Source: Octopus sinensis (lineage: Eukaryota). From it: a stretch of 64,000 nt of DNA. Made by a program: the position numbers and the translations under genes. The stretch is from assembly GCF_006345805.1 (NCBI RefSeq), contig NC_042997.1, positions 208,754,001 to 208,818,000 of the forward strand. The letters are read 5' to 3'. This document shows positions 1 to 12,202 of this stretch, piece after piece (positions within the stretch are counted from its first letter, which is position 1; each line of letters begins with the position of its first letter). The notes beneath the pieces were generated by a model. The model ran no database searches and was not told the origin of the DNA. It saw only the letters and a list, made by a program, of their open reading frames with translations.

Positions 1-1250
1 TGCCCTTCCTAACGCCAACCACTCCATGAGTGTAGTGGGTGCTTTTTATGTGCCAGGCGAGGTTGGGAATGGCCACGATCGGTCGGTGCTTTTTACGTGC
101 CACCGGCACGGAGGTTAGTTGGGCAACAGCCACGTTCAGACAGTTCTTTTACGTGCCACCAGCACTGGTGTCACAAATACAATTTCCATTGATTTTTGAG
201 CAATTTCGATTTCGATTCTGATTTCACTTGCCTCAACAGGTCTTCGCAAGCAGACTTTCATGTCCCAAGAAGGAAAGGTATGCATAAGTGGGCTGGCTAC
301 ATCCCAGGTAGAGGCCACAGGTTATGGCCTCACTTGTCCTGCCGGGTCTTCTCACACACAGCATACTTCCAAAGGTCTCGGTCACTAGTCATTGCCTCGG
401 TGAGACCTAATGTTCGAAGGTCGTGCTTCACCACCTCGTCCCAGGTTTTCCTGGGTCTGCCTCTTCCATAGGTTCCCTCAACCACTAGGGTGAGGCACTT
501 TTTCACACAACTATCTTCATCCATTCTCACCACATGACCATACCAGCACAGTCATCTCTCTTGCACACCACATCTGATGCTTCTTAGGTACAACTTTTCT
601 CTCGAGGTACTTACACTCTGTCGAGTATGTACACTGACATTACACATCCATCGGAGCATACTGGCTTCATTTCTTGCAAACTTATGCATATCCTCAGCAG
701 TCACGGCACATGTTTCATTGCCATGTAGCATGGCTGTTCGTACACATGCGTCATACAGTCTGCCTTTTACTCTGAGCGAGAGGCCTTTTGTCACCAGCAG
801 AGGTAAGAGCACCCTGAACTTTGCCCAGGCTATTCTTACTCTAGCAGTTACACTTTCAGCACACATGCCCCTGCTACTGACTTGGTCACCTAGGTATCGG
901 AAGCTATCAACTACTTCTAGTTTTTCTCCCTGGAATGTGGCAGAAGTTGTTCTCTGCACTTTTTCAGTGTTTATTGCTCCTGAGCATCTGCCACATAAAA
1001 AAACTATCTTCCTAGTTAGCCTTCCTTTGACATTGCTGCACCTCTTGTGTCCATAGCTTACACTTGGTTCATCTTATAGAGTTTCTACCTACGCCTTTTC
1101 TACAGATCGAGCAGGGCCATCTACCTGAAGGCGTTTGTGATTTGTCTACCTTCCTACTTATTAGTCTACCTTCCTACTTATTAGGACAGTGATTCCTGAT
1201 GGGCCGGGGTCTTTCCCTGCCTTCATACTCTTGATTGCTTTAACTACCAT
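1..1250 (-). mobile_element. RTE-clade LINE, decayed 3' part (end of RT ORF plus 3' UTR), internally deleted
   Basis: Minus-strand translation EKLEVVDSFRYLGDQVSS...LYDACVRTAMLHGNE...GRGRPRKTWDEVVKHDLRTLGL...DRDLWKYAV is a typical RTE C-terminus. An RT-upstream piece (KAIKSMKAGKDPGPSGIT) lies at ~1185-1250. Confidence 0.92.
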
Positions 1251-1300
<50 letters not shown>

Positions 1301-1349
1301 ACTTGAGAAGAAGACCCATAAAGCCAAGCAGAATTGCAGTTGTGACAGA

Positions 1350-1545
1350 TATTGGTATCATGCAAATGGCATGTAAAAACACTCATTACACTCTCAGAGT
1401 GGTTAGCATTAGGAAGGGCATCCAGCCGTAGGAAACCATGCCAAATCAGACAGGAGTTTGGTGCAGCCTTCCAGCTTACCAGCCCTGGTCAAACTGTCCA
1501 ATCAATGCCAGCATGGACAACAGACGTCAAATGATGATGATGATG
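1350..1545 (+). mobile_element. RTE-LINE 3' UTR fragment ending in (ATG)n
   Basis: Shares ACACTCTCAGAGTGGTTAGCATTAGGAAGGGCATCCAG...CCAGCATGGA...TGATGATGATG with many copies in the window. Confidence 0.8.
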
Positions 1546-2265
1546 TGTGTGTATCTGTGTGTGTGTGTGTATCTGTGTATGTGTGTGTGTATCTCTGTGT
1601 GTGTGTGTATCTGTGTGTGTGTGTGTGTGTGCATGTTATATTATATTAGAGGAAAAAGGACAAACACCAAGACAGGACTGGTATCTCAAGTCATTAAGAC
1701 TATTTAATTACGGTAAGGTGAAATTGAAGTCTTACAGCTGTGGTTTTAAAGACCACAAAGCAGATTTCATAACTTAGGTGAATCAGTAAGAACACAATAG
1801 ACAATATAGTACCTGTAGTTTAAAACAATTAATCAACTTATAGTCCTGCACAGGTGAGGTTATAACCTGGTTTCACCTCCTTGAAAACAAAAAAAAACAC
1901 CCCCTCATTTCTACAATTTGATATCAGCAACCACTACTTTTCTATATCCTGTATCCTCCTTAACAAAGCTCTCATTCTAGCTAAAAACCTAACTAACCTG
2001 ACCTCCTTTCAAATAGATGTAATTCTAAATGCCAGAAAGACACTAATTTCTTTCAATGATAAGCTTTGGTGCCAAGCTACCCTCAAAAATAATAAACAGT
2101 AACAATTTTTATATAACCATGGGCTCTTCTGACTCTGCTCAGTTCATGGATCTGGTCGGACAATACCTCCTCCAGCAACTCTGCATGTATTTCTCTAACA
2201 ACAATTGTTGATTACTACTGGCCAAACGAAATCTGCATTAGAGAAGACTAGAAAACATTTACATA

Positions 2266-3143
2266 CCATATATACTCGAATAATAATCACTCTCATGTAA
2301 AAGTTGCCCCCTCTATTTTTGGCCAAAAAACAGAATTTTCCATAGACCCCATATAAAAGTCAACTCTAGTATTTCACAACCAACAGGACAACATTTATGG
2401 GTCAAGGTACCGTATTATCCTGTATGTAGAAATAACACTGTTATAAAATTGTGTGGCTACCTTACTGTAGCTTGCTCTATAGGTGGAATGCTTGGTGCTT
2501 ATAGTAAATAAGCGAGCTTTATACATCTGTTGATGGGTGCCACATACATCACCATTACTAAAATGTATACACAGGATATGCTGCAAGCCTGCATACATCC
2601 TCAAGCACAATAAACACATGTGTCATACACTCATGGTTTACATGGTGAGAAATGTGTTTCACAGACAGCACTATTGGCAAACACTGGCAAATGTCACAGT
2701 CTGAATTCAAACAAAGGCATGACAGGTAAGCCTCAAAATAATTCAATTAATCACTAGATCAGTGGTTCCCATTCGACCTTTATATTTTTCTCATCTCCAA
2801 ATACAATAATCACATGCGTCATACGCTTGTCTGTTTACATGGTGAGAAATGTGTTTCACAGACAGCACAATCAGTGAACAACAAAAGCTACATGGTCTTA
2901 TGGCTTTTGTTATTTACAAGGACGTGTGTTTTGATGCATAGAATTGGTAATATTACTGAAATTCATTGTGTTTTTTGTTTTTATTCACTTAGCGATCAGT
3001 TGTGCTTCTGCTGCTGATACGGTACTTCGGATTCTAGCTTGAATTCCAGCCCCTCAAAAGTAGTATCCAAGAATTAGTCAACCCCATAAATTTGCCCTTT
3101 AAAAATGGTCTAAAAAATTTGACTTTTACACAAGTGTATATGG
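2266..3143. mobile_element. Non-autonomous DNA transposon with degenerate Tc2-like TIRs, inserted in the PLE
   Basis: Left end CCATATATACTCG, right end CAAGTGTATATGG (imperfect inverted repeat). It splits the collinear PLE reading. Confidence 0.55.
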
Positions 3144-3645
3144 TCGATTATTTACTAATTTTAATTTATTTATCACTTTTGAAAACACAAAACAACTAAT
3201 TTTCTAGATGCTACTTTAGATTCAAATTCTTCGCTGTATTCCCCCTGCCATAAACCTAATCAATACCTCAGATACTTTAGCATAGACCCTAATCACCATA
3301 AATCTATATTTGATAGGGTAACCAAAGGCATATCTATCCTGATATTGGATCTCTCAGCCACAAAGGAAATTTTCAATAGCCACACTACACACTACAACCA
3401 GGCACTAGCTGCTAGCAGCTTCTCCTAGCAAATTAAACTCCTAGCAACAACTGGGCTTAAAGAAACACATCTCGAAACTCAGTCCCAGGGAGGTTGAACA
3501 CACAAACCCTCCTACTAAAACCTACACTAAAATACTAGAACGACCTTGAGTGAGGCACTCTCGACTGCCCTGCGCTCACCCATGTATAACATTCGATCGA
3601 AACTCAAATTAATAAACAATAATGAACCTCACAACTTTCCTCTAA

Positions 3646-4120
3646 CAGGGTGTTCAAAAGGTCTCTCCGCAGTCAATTTTTCGAGAGATATTGCTCAAAT
3701 ATTGTCCATCCATTTATAGGCCAACTCACTGAAAGTGAAATTAATCATTCATACTTCGCGCATCACCAAGAGTTTTTCAGTGAATGGATTACATCGAAGA
3801 GACTTTGGCCACCAAGATCACCTGATTTAACACCGCCAGACTTTTTTTTCTGGGGAGCAAGTAAAGGATCAGAGTACAGGAATCGTCCAAAAACCATTAA
3901 TGAGCTAAAAGAAGCGTCAGACTCTCCAAGATGTATTTCAAAACATGTTTAGAAGAGTCAACTTATGTATTGAAAATGAAGGACGACATTTTCAACACAT
4001 CTTATAAAGTTTGTTAAAGTCTTGTAAAGACAAATATATTCTTTTGTAGTCTTATACCATTTTATAAATATTTATTTTGCAATAAAATACTTACTGCAGA
4101 GAGACTTTTTGGATACCCTG
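3646..4120 (+). mobile_element. Tc1/mariner internal-deletion derivative (keeps transposase C-terminus)
   Basis: TIRs CAGGGTGTTCAAAAGGTCTCTCCGCAGT / ACTGCAGAGAGACTTTTTGGATACCCTG, TA on the right flank, WPPRSPDLTPPDFFFWG motif. Confidence 0.9.
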
Positions 4121-4869
4121 TATAGATTATACTTCCCCTATTGCCTAATAAAAGTGAGGGAAGAACAATTCTCTGGTTTACACCCCACATTCGCTTTATA
4201 TGTTAAGGGCTTGGCCGACATTTTTTTCCACAGTAGTAGGCTCTAACTTTCCACATCACCATAAAACTACTATACAATCTTCAACAGATCTACTCTGAAA
4301 TTACCTTACTCCCCCCACCCCACCCCACACCTCAATGTAGAATCTATTGTTACCTCATTCAATAAGAGTAAAAATTTATTCTTACCACCTAAATATATAC
4401 AATCATAATATAGGTCACTGCAGTGACAACACTAACACCGGTCATGATCACATATACCACACCTGTAACTATATACTACACCTGTAATCATTGCACTATA
4501 ACCAGCATAAACCAGGATATGAATGTCCCCAAGTCTGACGAAGGTCAGAGTATGGCTAAAACGACTGTTAATACTAATAGCACTACTACTACTTATGCTA
4601 ATAACACTAATGTGATCATTATTACTAATACTATTATTACTAACAACAACAATAATAATAATAATAATAATGATGATTTCATTTATTTGCCACAAGGGTG
4701 CAGAATGAGGGGGACAATACAAAGACAGACATAAAGTGTTGGGGTTTACATATAAAGAAATAAGAAAAAGAAGGAAAGAAAGTTATTATATAGGGTTTAC
4801 ACTGAAAAAGAAGGGACATGTGCATAGCATACAAAGGTTAAAATAAAGTAAAAGGTGACAGGGAGAGAT

Positions 4870-5570
4870 GTGGTCCTCTTTGTAAAGGAAGGCCTCTGCA
4901 GATAATCAAGGAACCCCACTGTCCAAGATTTCCCTGAAACCCCAGGAGCAAGTGCCTTCTCCAATTCCTTGTCTCCAACTCAAAGGTTTACACTTAGAAA
5001 GGTACTATACACTCTTGCCATTTTCGAAACTTTCAGTGGCATGTAAAATGCACCATTCAAGTGTGGTCATTGCCAGTGCCACCTGACTAGCCCCCATGCT
5101 GGTGGCACGTAAAAAGCACCATTCGAGCATGAACATTGCTAGTACCGACCTTGTGGAACTCAATAAACTCATTCGAGGACAGCACTTGCCTCTCCACCCT
5201 CAATTTCCTTTCCAAGTGAAACTTGAAGAAGTCAATGAAAACTCTACCAAAGAGGAATGAATCTGTCCTCATTGCCTTTCAGCCTTGTCCACCAAACAAC
5301 CTCTTTTGCCACAGTCAACAGGCAAAGGAAGACTGCCTTGCCTGCCCAACTGAAGGAGGACAGCAGTGCAATCCCCGCTACAGACTCGGCCGACAGACGG
5401 ATCCATCCCACACATGACAGCAGCTGTTCGACATAATTCCACAAGTCAGCAAAGCTCAGACACAGAAGGAGGGTGTGCAGAATGGTTTTTGTTACTCTGC
5501 CTCAGACAAGCCCATCTGACAGCACATCCATGCCCGTGGAGTTTATCTTGGACTGGTAGCACCCTCAACC
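4870..5570 (-). mobile_element. L1/Tx1-type LINE C-terminal fragment, interrupted by an RTE-UTR piece (~5037-5150)
   Basis: Minus translation TILHTLLLC..ADLWNYVEQLLS...KAVFLCLLTVAKEVVWWTRLKG...FIDFFKFHLERKLRVERQVLSSNEFIE, then KVSKMARV*. Confidence 0.7.
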
Positions 5571-5599
5571 CCCACCAGTAGCACTTCCAGGCCAAGGAC

Positions 5600-6135
5600 A
5601 TCTGGAAGTGCTGCCTGACACAGCTGATGCCAGTGCCACCTTATGTGGTCGATGCCAGTGCTGCCTGACTGGTTCCATGCCAGTAACATGTAAAAAGCAC
5701 CATTCAAGCGTGGTCATTGCCAGTGCCACCTGACTGGCTCCCATGCTGGTGGCACATAAAAAGCACCATTCGAGCACGAACATTGCTAGTACCGCCTGAC
5801 TGGCCCCCATGTCAGTGGCATGTAAAAAGTACCATTCAAGCATGGTTGTTACCAGTGCCACCTGACTGGCACCCATGCCAGTGGCACGTAAAAAGCACCA
5901 TTCAAGCATGGCCGAAACCAGTACCACCTGACTGGCCCTCGTGCCAGTGGAACGCAAAAAGCACCCACTACCCTCTTAAAGTGGTTGGCATTAGGAAGGG
6001 CATTCAGCTGCAGAAACACTGCCAGATCAGATTGGAGTCTGGTGCTGCCTCCATGGCTTGCCAGTCCTCAGTCAAACCATCCAACCCATGCCAGCATGGA
6101 AAGCAGACATTAACCAATGATGATGATGATGATGA
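5600..6135 (+). mobile_element. RTE 3' UTR fragment with ~6 tandem ~60-bp subrepeats
   Basis: Repeated GGTGGCACRTAAAAAGCACCATTCRAGC...CCAGTGCCACCTGACTGG units followed by the standard tail. Confidence 0.8.
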
Positions 6136-6419
6136 AAAAAATAGCCTACCTATTGGCATTATTCCTTGCAACACTTGATTCAGCCAATCGGTTGTTGGAA
6201 CCACTGAAAAGATAATAATTAAGGAAATTAAATTACTGTGACAGGTATGAGTGCAGGTGTTACAGTCTGGTTAAGAAGTTTGCTTCCCCAACCACGGGCT
6301 CTTGGGTTCAATTCTACCATATTGAATCTTGGAAAAGTGACATCTACTGAAGCCCCAGGTCAACCGAACCCTTCTGAGTGGAATTGGTAAACAACTGAAA
6401 GATATCTATTGCATATATA

Positions 6420-7022
6420 TATATCGTGGCCCCTACCTGGGACGTAGTCAGTCCACCTGTGCATACCTTCCTTCTTGTGACACTTGTGAAGACCTGTTGA
6501 GGCAAGTGAAAATCAAAATCAAAACAAATCAAAATAGATGAACATCAATGGAATTTGTATCTTTGTGGTACCAGTGCCGGTGGCACACAAGAAAACCATC
6601 CGAACGTGGCCGTAGCCAGTACCGCATCGACTGGCCTCCGTGCTGTGGGCACATAACAAACACCATCCGATCGTGGCCGTTCGCCAGCCTCATCTGGCAC
6701 CTGTGTCGGTTGCACATAAAAACACCATCCGAGCATGGCCGTCTGCCAGCCTCATCTGGCACCTGTGTCGGTGGCACATAAAAAACACCATCGAGCGTGG
6801 CCGTTCGCCAGCCTCATCTGGCACCTGTGTCGGTGGCACATAAAATCACCCACTACACTCTCGGAGTGGTTGGCGTTAGGAAGGGCATCCAGCTGTAGAA
6901 ACACTGTAGAAACACTGCCAGATCTGACTGGCCTGGTGCAGCCTTCGGGCTCCCCAGACCCCAGTTGAACCGTCCAACCCATGCTAGCATGGAAAGCGGA
7001 CGTTAAATGATGATGATGATGA
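6420..7022 (+). mobile_element. Young RTE-LINE 3' end; near-identical inverted copy at 56040-56705
   Basis: GGCCCCTACCTGGGACGTAGTCAGTCCACCTGTGCATACC...GCGGACGTTAAATGATGATG matches the reverse complement of 56040-56705 over ~600 bp. Confidence 0.88.
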
Positions 7023-7564
7023 TATAATACATCGAGTACAGGACATCACCAAGTGAAAAATACATAAACACATGAGAGATGAGTAGGGGACAAAATATCA
7101 AAAGAAGTTTAAACCCCACTTCGTGGTTCAGCTAAAATGACTGATAGAATTAATACCAGGTTTTAAAAAAGAGAAAAAAATAAGCATTGGGGCTGAGACA
7201 TTCGACTAAAACATTCTTCAAGGCAGTGGTACCCCAGCATGGCCGCAGTCCAATAACTGAAACAAGGATAAGATAAAAGAGAAAAGATAGTCAACAATTC
7301 TAGGGAATTTATTGATTTCTTTGAGCCCCGGCATATACTTTAATGACCCTGGTGGGATGAAAGGTAAAGGGGGCCTCAGCGAGATTTGAACTCAAAAAGT
7401 AAAGAGCTGGAAGAAATGTACCACCACCCCCTTCTCACCACCAGCACCTTATCCAGCGTCATAATGGTTCTGCCAGCTTATCCCCTTTGACCAGGCTCCC
7501 TGTCGGTTACTACAACGAGTGTTCCAAGTGACACAATCTACCAAACAGTCTTCTCTGTTTTCTT

Positions 7565-7935
7565 TTTTTTCTTTTACTTGTTGCAGTCACTTGCAGCCAT
7601 GCTGGAGCACTGCCTTTGATTGAACAAATCAACCCCAAGAATCAACCTTATTCCCTGTAAGCCTAGTACTTATTCCATTGGTCTCTTTTGCCAAACTGCC
7701 AAGTTACGGGAACGTAAACACATCAACATCGGTTGTCAAGCAATGGTGGGGGGACAGATACACACACAAACATATACATATATATGACGGGCTTCTTTCA
7801 GTTTCCGTCTATAAAATCTACTCACAAGGCTTTGGAGGCTATAGTAGATGACACTTGCTCAAGGTGCCCAATGCAGTGGGACTGAACTTGGAACCATGTG
7901 GTTGGAAAGCAAGCTGCTTACCACACAGCCATTCC
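7565..7935 (-). mobile_element. tRNA-derived SINE family A (GGCTGTGTGGTAAG head; GAAACAAGTAAAAGA tail)
   Basis: A/B-box-like head (TGGTTCCGGGTTCAGTCCC) and shared body. Other copies: 10662-11075(+), 14030-14422(+), 18330-18727(-), 21480-21905(-), 23210-23625(-), 33645-34020(+), 49375-49790(-). Partial copies: 55885-56030, 56905-57130, 61030-61175. Confidence 0.88.
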
Positions 7936-8149
7936 TGCTCATGAAATTAATGTAAAAGTGGCTGAGAAAGCTACAGACATGCATACCTTTCACTTAGTTC
8001 TCAGGGAGGTCGGCCCTTTGAATTACAGGTGCTAATTTTTGTCAGCAGAATCGAGAAATACGATTTTACCAAAGCAACATACTTAGCATCCTCCTCTGTG
8101 GATCCGAATGTTGAAAAACAACCAAAAGAATGGAAAAGAAATTAGAAGT

Positions 8150-8660
8150 CATCATCATCATCATCATCGTTTAACGTCCGTTTTCCATGCTGGCATGGGT
8201 TGGGTGGTTTGACTGAGTTCTGGAGAGCAAGGGTCTGCACCAGGCCCCAATCTGATCTGGCAATGTTTCTACAGCTGGATGCCCTTCCTATAATGACAAC
8301 CACTCCGAGAGTGTAGTTGGTGTTTTTTATGTTCTACCAGCACAGGAGCCAGTCAGGCAGCACTTGCATTGACCACGCTTGAACGGTGCTTTTTAGGTGC
8401 CACTGGCACAGGAGCCAGTCAGGCAGCACTGGCATTGGCCACTTTCAGATGGTGCTTTTTATGTACCACTGGCACAGGGAGCCAGTCAGGTGACACTGGT
8501 AACAACCCATGCATGAATGGTGCTTATTGTGTATCACCAGCATGAGAGCCAGTCAGGCGTCACTGGCATCAGCCACATTTAGATGGTACTTTTTACATGC
8601 CACCAGCATGGGGAGCCAGTCAGGCGGCACTGGCAACGACCCACGTTCGGATGGTGCTAT
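8150..8660 (-). mobile_element. RTE 3' UTR fragment with ~60-bp subrepeats
   Basis: ATCATCATCGTTTAACGTCCG... tail plus subrepeats. Further copies at ~12420-12805, 27915-28570, 33120-33420, 45385-45720, 48310-48625, 50340-50775. Confidence 0.8.
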
Positions 8661-9028
8661 GAATATCAAAATGATTGATTACACATTGTAATAGTTCAAT
8701 GCCTCTATGTTCTGAGATCAAATCTAACAAAAGCTTTTCACTCCTCCTGGGGTTAATATTTCTTTTGAATCAGAAGTTATCTATATGAAATAAAGGCGCA
8801 TTTATGCAATCGCTTGGTCTGCTAGAAACAACAGAAAAATCACTCCCAAATCCCACCCCTAATAGCTTAAATAAAGGAGCATGTCTTTGACATTGTAGTC
8901 TTTGGAGTACAAAAAGATGAGATAGTCATGGTTGGAATCCCTTTGATCAGAGGTCTGTTCAATCATGACTAATCTATGACTAAACAACTTTATTCACAAT
9001 ACATCAGTAAAATTACTATGACTGATTA

Positions 9029-9690
9029 AGTGGTGGTGGTGGTGGTGGTGGTGGCAATGATGGTATTGATGGTGATGTGCTGGTGATGGTAGTGGTGGTG
9101 GTTGTAGTAGTGGTGATAGTGCGGCGGTAGTAATGATGGTGTAGTGGTAGTGGTAGTAATGGTGGTGGTGGTGGTTGTAGTAGTGGTGGTAGAATCGGTG
9201 GTAGTAACGGTGGTGTAGTGATAGAGGTAGTGATGGTGGTAGTGGTGGTGGCAATGATGGTATTGATGGTGATGTGCTGGTGATGGTAGTGATGGTGGTG
9301 GTTGTAGTAGTGGTGATAGTGTGGCAGTAGTAACGGTGGTGTAGTGGTGTGGTAGTAATGGTGGTGGTGGTGGTGTACTGGTAGTGATAGAGGTAGTGAT
9401 GGTGGTGGTGGTGGTGGTAGCAGTGGTGGTAGAATTGGTAGTAGTAACGGTGTGGTAGTGGTAGTCGTGGTGATGGTAGTGGTGGTGGTGGTTGTAGTAG
9501 TGGTGATAGTTCGGCGGTAGTAACGGTGGTGTAATGGTAGTGGTAGTAATGGTGGTGGCGGTGGTAGCAGTGGTGGTAGAATTGGTGGTAGTAACGGTGT
9601 GGTAGTGGTAGTCGTGGTGGTGATGGTGGTGATGGTGGTGGTGATGGCATCAGTAGCAGCGGTAGAGGTGGCAGTGGTGGGGATGGGGTG
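9029..9690. repeat. (GGT/AGT)n low-complexity satellite with recurring ~110-120-bp blocks
   Basis: GGTGGTGGTTGTAGTAGTGGTGATAGT blocks recur near 9095, 9295 and 9485. Confidence 0.9.
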
Positions 9691-11181
9691 TGCTAACCAA
9701 GCTGTAAATCTATCTTCTGTGTTATTTCAACCGTTTTATAAAGATGTCCACATCTGACCTGGCAATACTTCAGCTCTTCATTAACAAACTGTGCTTAAAA
9801 GTACAGCTGACAATATGACCCAGGTGAGTAAATGACAACATAGGTGTTCACAGTGGTGGCCACACGCAATAGCTGTATAGATTTACATGGAAATAAGCTG
9901 TCAATGAAAAGAGGTAAAACAACACCACAGGTAGCATAATAATAATAATCAAAGCCAGGTCCACCTGAGAATGTAAGGAATGGATCAGGTAACACACAGA
10001 CTACAATTGTTTCACAACTAAAGTAATGCTGGTTACATAATTTTTGTAATGTACAGAAAACCTGCTTAGCTAATTTTCAGCTTGTATTATTTTTTATCTT
10101 TTAGCACTTAGACCAGCCATATCCAGCCAAAATATTCTGTTTTATGTTCAAACCAGTCAGATCAGGTCACTTACAAATATCTGTGGAGGCACATGGCCTA
10201 GTGGTTAGAGCAGCGGATCGCAGGTTCGAATCTCAGACCGGGCGATATGTGTGTTTATGAGTGAAACACCTAAGCTCCACGCGTCTCCAGCAGAAGGAAG
10301 GTAACGGCAAACTTCTAACTCTTTCACCACAACTTTCTCTCGCTCTTTCCTCCTGCATCTTGCAGCTCACCTGCGACGGACCGGCGTCCCGTCCAGGTGG
10401 GGAACCTATACGCCAAGGAAACTGGGAAACCGGCCCTTATGAGCCAGGTAGGGCTCGAGAAGGAACTTACAACTATCCTACAATGTCAGTCTAAAAATAA
10501 ACAATCACAATATATTAATCTCAAAGCTACAAGATAATCCATGATTAATTCGAAACAATGTGAATAAATAAGCAAGACATTTGACTGAGTAATCTGAATG
10601 CTAAAGGGTTAAGCTGTTAACATTGTCGCATAGGATTAATCAAATAATCCACAGCACATAGGCATAGGAGTGGCTGTGTGGTAAGTAGCTCGCTTACTAA
10701 CCACATGGTTCCGGGTTCAGTCCCACTGCATGGCACCTTGGGCAAGTTTCTATTATAGCCTTAGGCCGATTAAAGACTTGTGAGTGGGTTTGGTAGGCGG
10801 AAACTGAAAGAAGCCTGTCGTATATATATATATATATAATATATATATATATGTATGTGTATACATTTGTGTGTCTGTGTTTGTCCCCCCAACATCACTT
10901 GACAGCCAATGCTGGTGTGTTTATGTCCCTGTAACTTAGCAGTTTGGCAAAAAAGACCGACAGAGTAAGTACTAGGCTTCCAAAGAATAAGTCCTGGAGT
11001 CGATTTGCTCACCTAAAGGTGGTGCTCCAGCATGGCCACAGTCAAATGACTGAAACAAGTAAAAGAGTAAAAGAACACAAATAGCAAGTCAGAAAAAAAC
11101 AAAAACAAAATCAAATGACCAATGAAAGTGATAGTGAGTGGGTCAGTCACCCTAAAAGGAAGCCATGTGGGTGTGTTTATA

Positions 11182-11776
11182 CAGGGTGTTCAAAAAGTCT
11201 CTCCACAGTGAATCTTTTGCATCCTGTGCATGTGCAACTTGGCTATCGCTGCGTGGGTGGCTGGGTGTCAGCCATTGACCCTCAGTCATTGTACACCCTT
11301 CAGCATGTTGACAATGCTAACCACTGAAGAACGTACGTTTTTAGTTGAATGGATGTTTGGAGCTGGAAACAAATACACAGATACTGTGAAACTTTTCCCA
11401 ATACTGTTGTTCCACATCGTGACACTCTGTGAGGGATTTGATAAGAAAATTTAGAAACACAGGCTCAGTGGAAGACGCAGCAAGAAGCGGTAAGCCTTCT
11501 GTTCTTCAGGCAGAACACTCTCCAATATTTCTGATAAACTGTTGGCAAACCCATCACAGTCCTTATGCAGATTGTCACAGGAAACGGAAATCAGTCTAGG
11601 AAGTGCTCACACGGCAGTAAAAAAGTGGAAAATGAAAGACGACACTTTCAATACTTCTTCTAAAGTTTTTTAAAGTCTTGTAAAGTCTATTATATTCTTT
11701 TGTTGTCTTACACCAGCTCATAAATATTTATTTTGCAATAAAATGCGAACTGCGGAGAGACTTTTTGGATACCCTG
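11182..11776 (+). mobile_element. Tc1/mariner internal-deletion derivative (keeps N-terminal HTH region); same family as 3646-4120
   Basis: TA-CAGGGTGTTCAAAAAGTCTCTCC ... GGAGAGACTTTTTGGATACCCTG-TA; translation MLTTEERTFLVEW...KFRNTGSVEDAARSG. Confidence 0.9.
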
Positions 11777-11999
11777 TAGATGTGGAAGATGAAGGATGTT
11801 AGGTAGAGAGATAGGGAGGCAGGGAGGATTAAAGAATATCAATGACTTGTGGGCACGTGGTATTTTGTTATGCAACCATAATATTACTATAAGGTATATC
11901 AAATGCTTTTATGAGTCAACACCATGCCCTCCTGTGTTAGCAGTGCTTTGTACATTATTTTGTTGAGGTTATTTCTACAGAAATTGTAGCCAGTACTGA

Positions 12000-12202
12000 T
12001 TTTTTGCTACATTTCACATTGAGATGTCAGATGTAAACAGCTATGCAAGCAATGTGTTCGGGGGCAAGCGTGGGTTAGATGGAGGCTGATGAAGGGTTCA
12101 AACCCCCCAAAATATGGCATATACACTCAATACCCATTTTTCTTTCCGATCTCACTGTTTGCTTACATCTGATGTCTCGATACGAAACATTGTAGCAGAA
12201 AT
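12000..12202. repeat. Foldback element with a degenerate hammerhead-like motif in the spacer
   Basis: Imperfect arms TTTTTGCTACATTTCACATTGAGATGTCAGATGTAA / TTACATCTGATGTCTCGATACGAAACATTGTAGCAGAAA. Spacer CTGATGA-A-GGG-TTCAAA-CCC...CAAAA-TATG-G-CATA-TA has no intact GAAA. Confidence 0.55.

Larger units (their letters stand above)
1742..4380 (+). mobile_element. Old Penelope-like element (Naiad-like RT/thumb/linker), interrupted by two DNA transposons
   Basis: Collinear decayed PLE motifs: FKDHKADF (~1745), FLQFDISNHYFSIS...LLNKAL...ILNARKTL (1881-2100), YITMGSSDSAQFMDLVGQYLL (~2110-2170), DATLDS..LYSPCHKPN...YNQALAASSF (~3205-3425), TILWFTP...IFNRSTLKLPYS...LNVESIVTSFNK (~4160-4370). The clade label is my recollection of family motifs, not a search result. 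Confidence 0.75.

Noticed and set aside
5600-6850. CRISPR-like array of ~60-bp repeats
   Set aside because: The context is eukaryotic, the units are degenerate tandem repeats without unique spacers, and they lie within an RTE 3' UTR.
8994-9650. 218-aa His/Pro/Thr-rich ORF on the minus strand
   Set aside because: It is the translation of a (GGT/AGT)n simple repeat, with no splice or homology support.
9742-9825. Plus-strand exon ending in a perfect CAG|GTGAGT donor
   Set aside because: All three frames contain stops from the nearest acceptor. It could be non-coding, but nothing else supports it.
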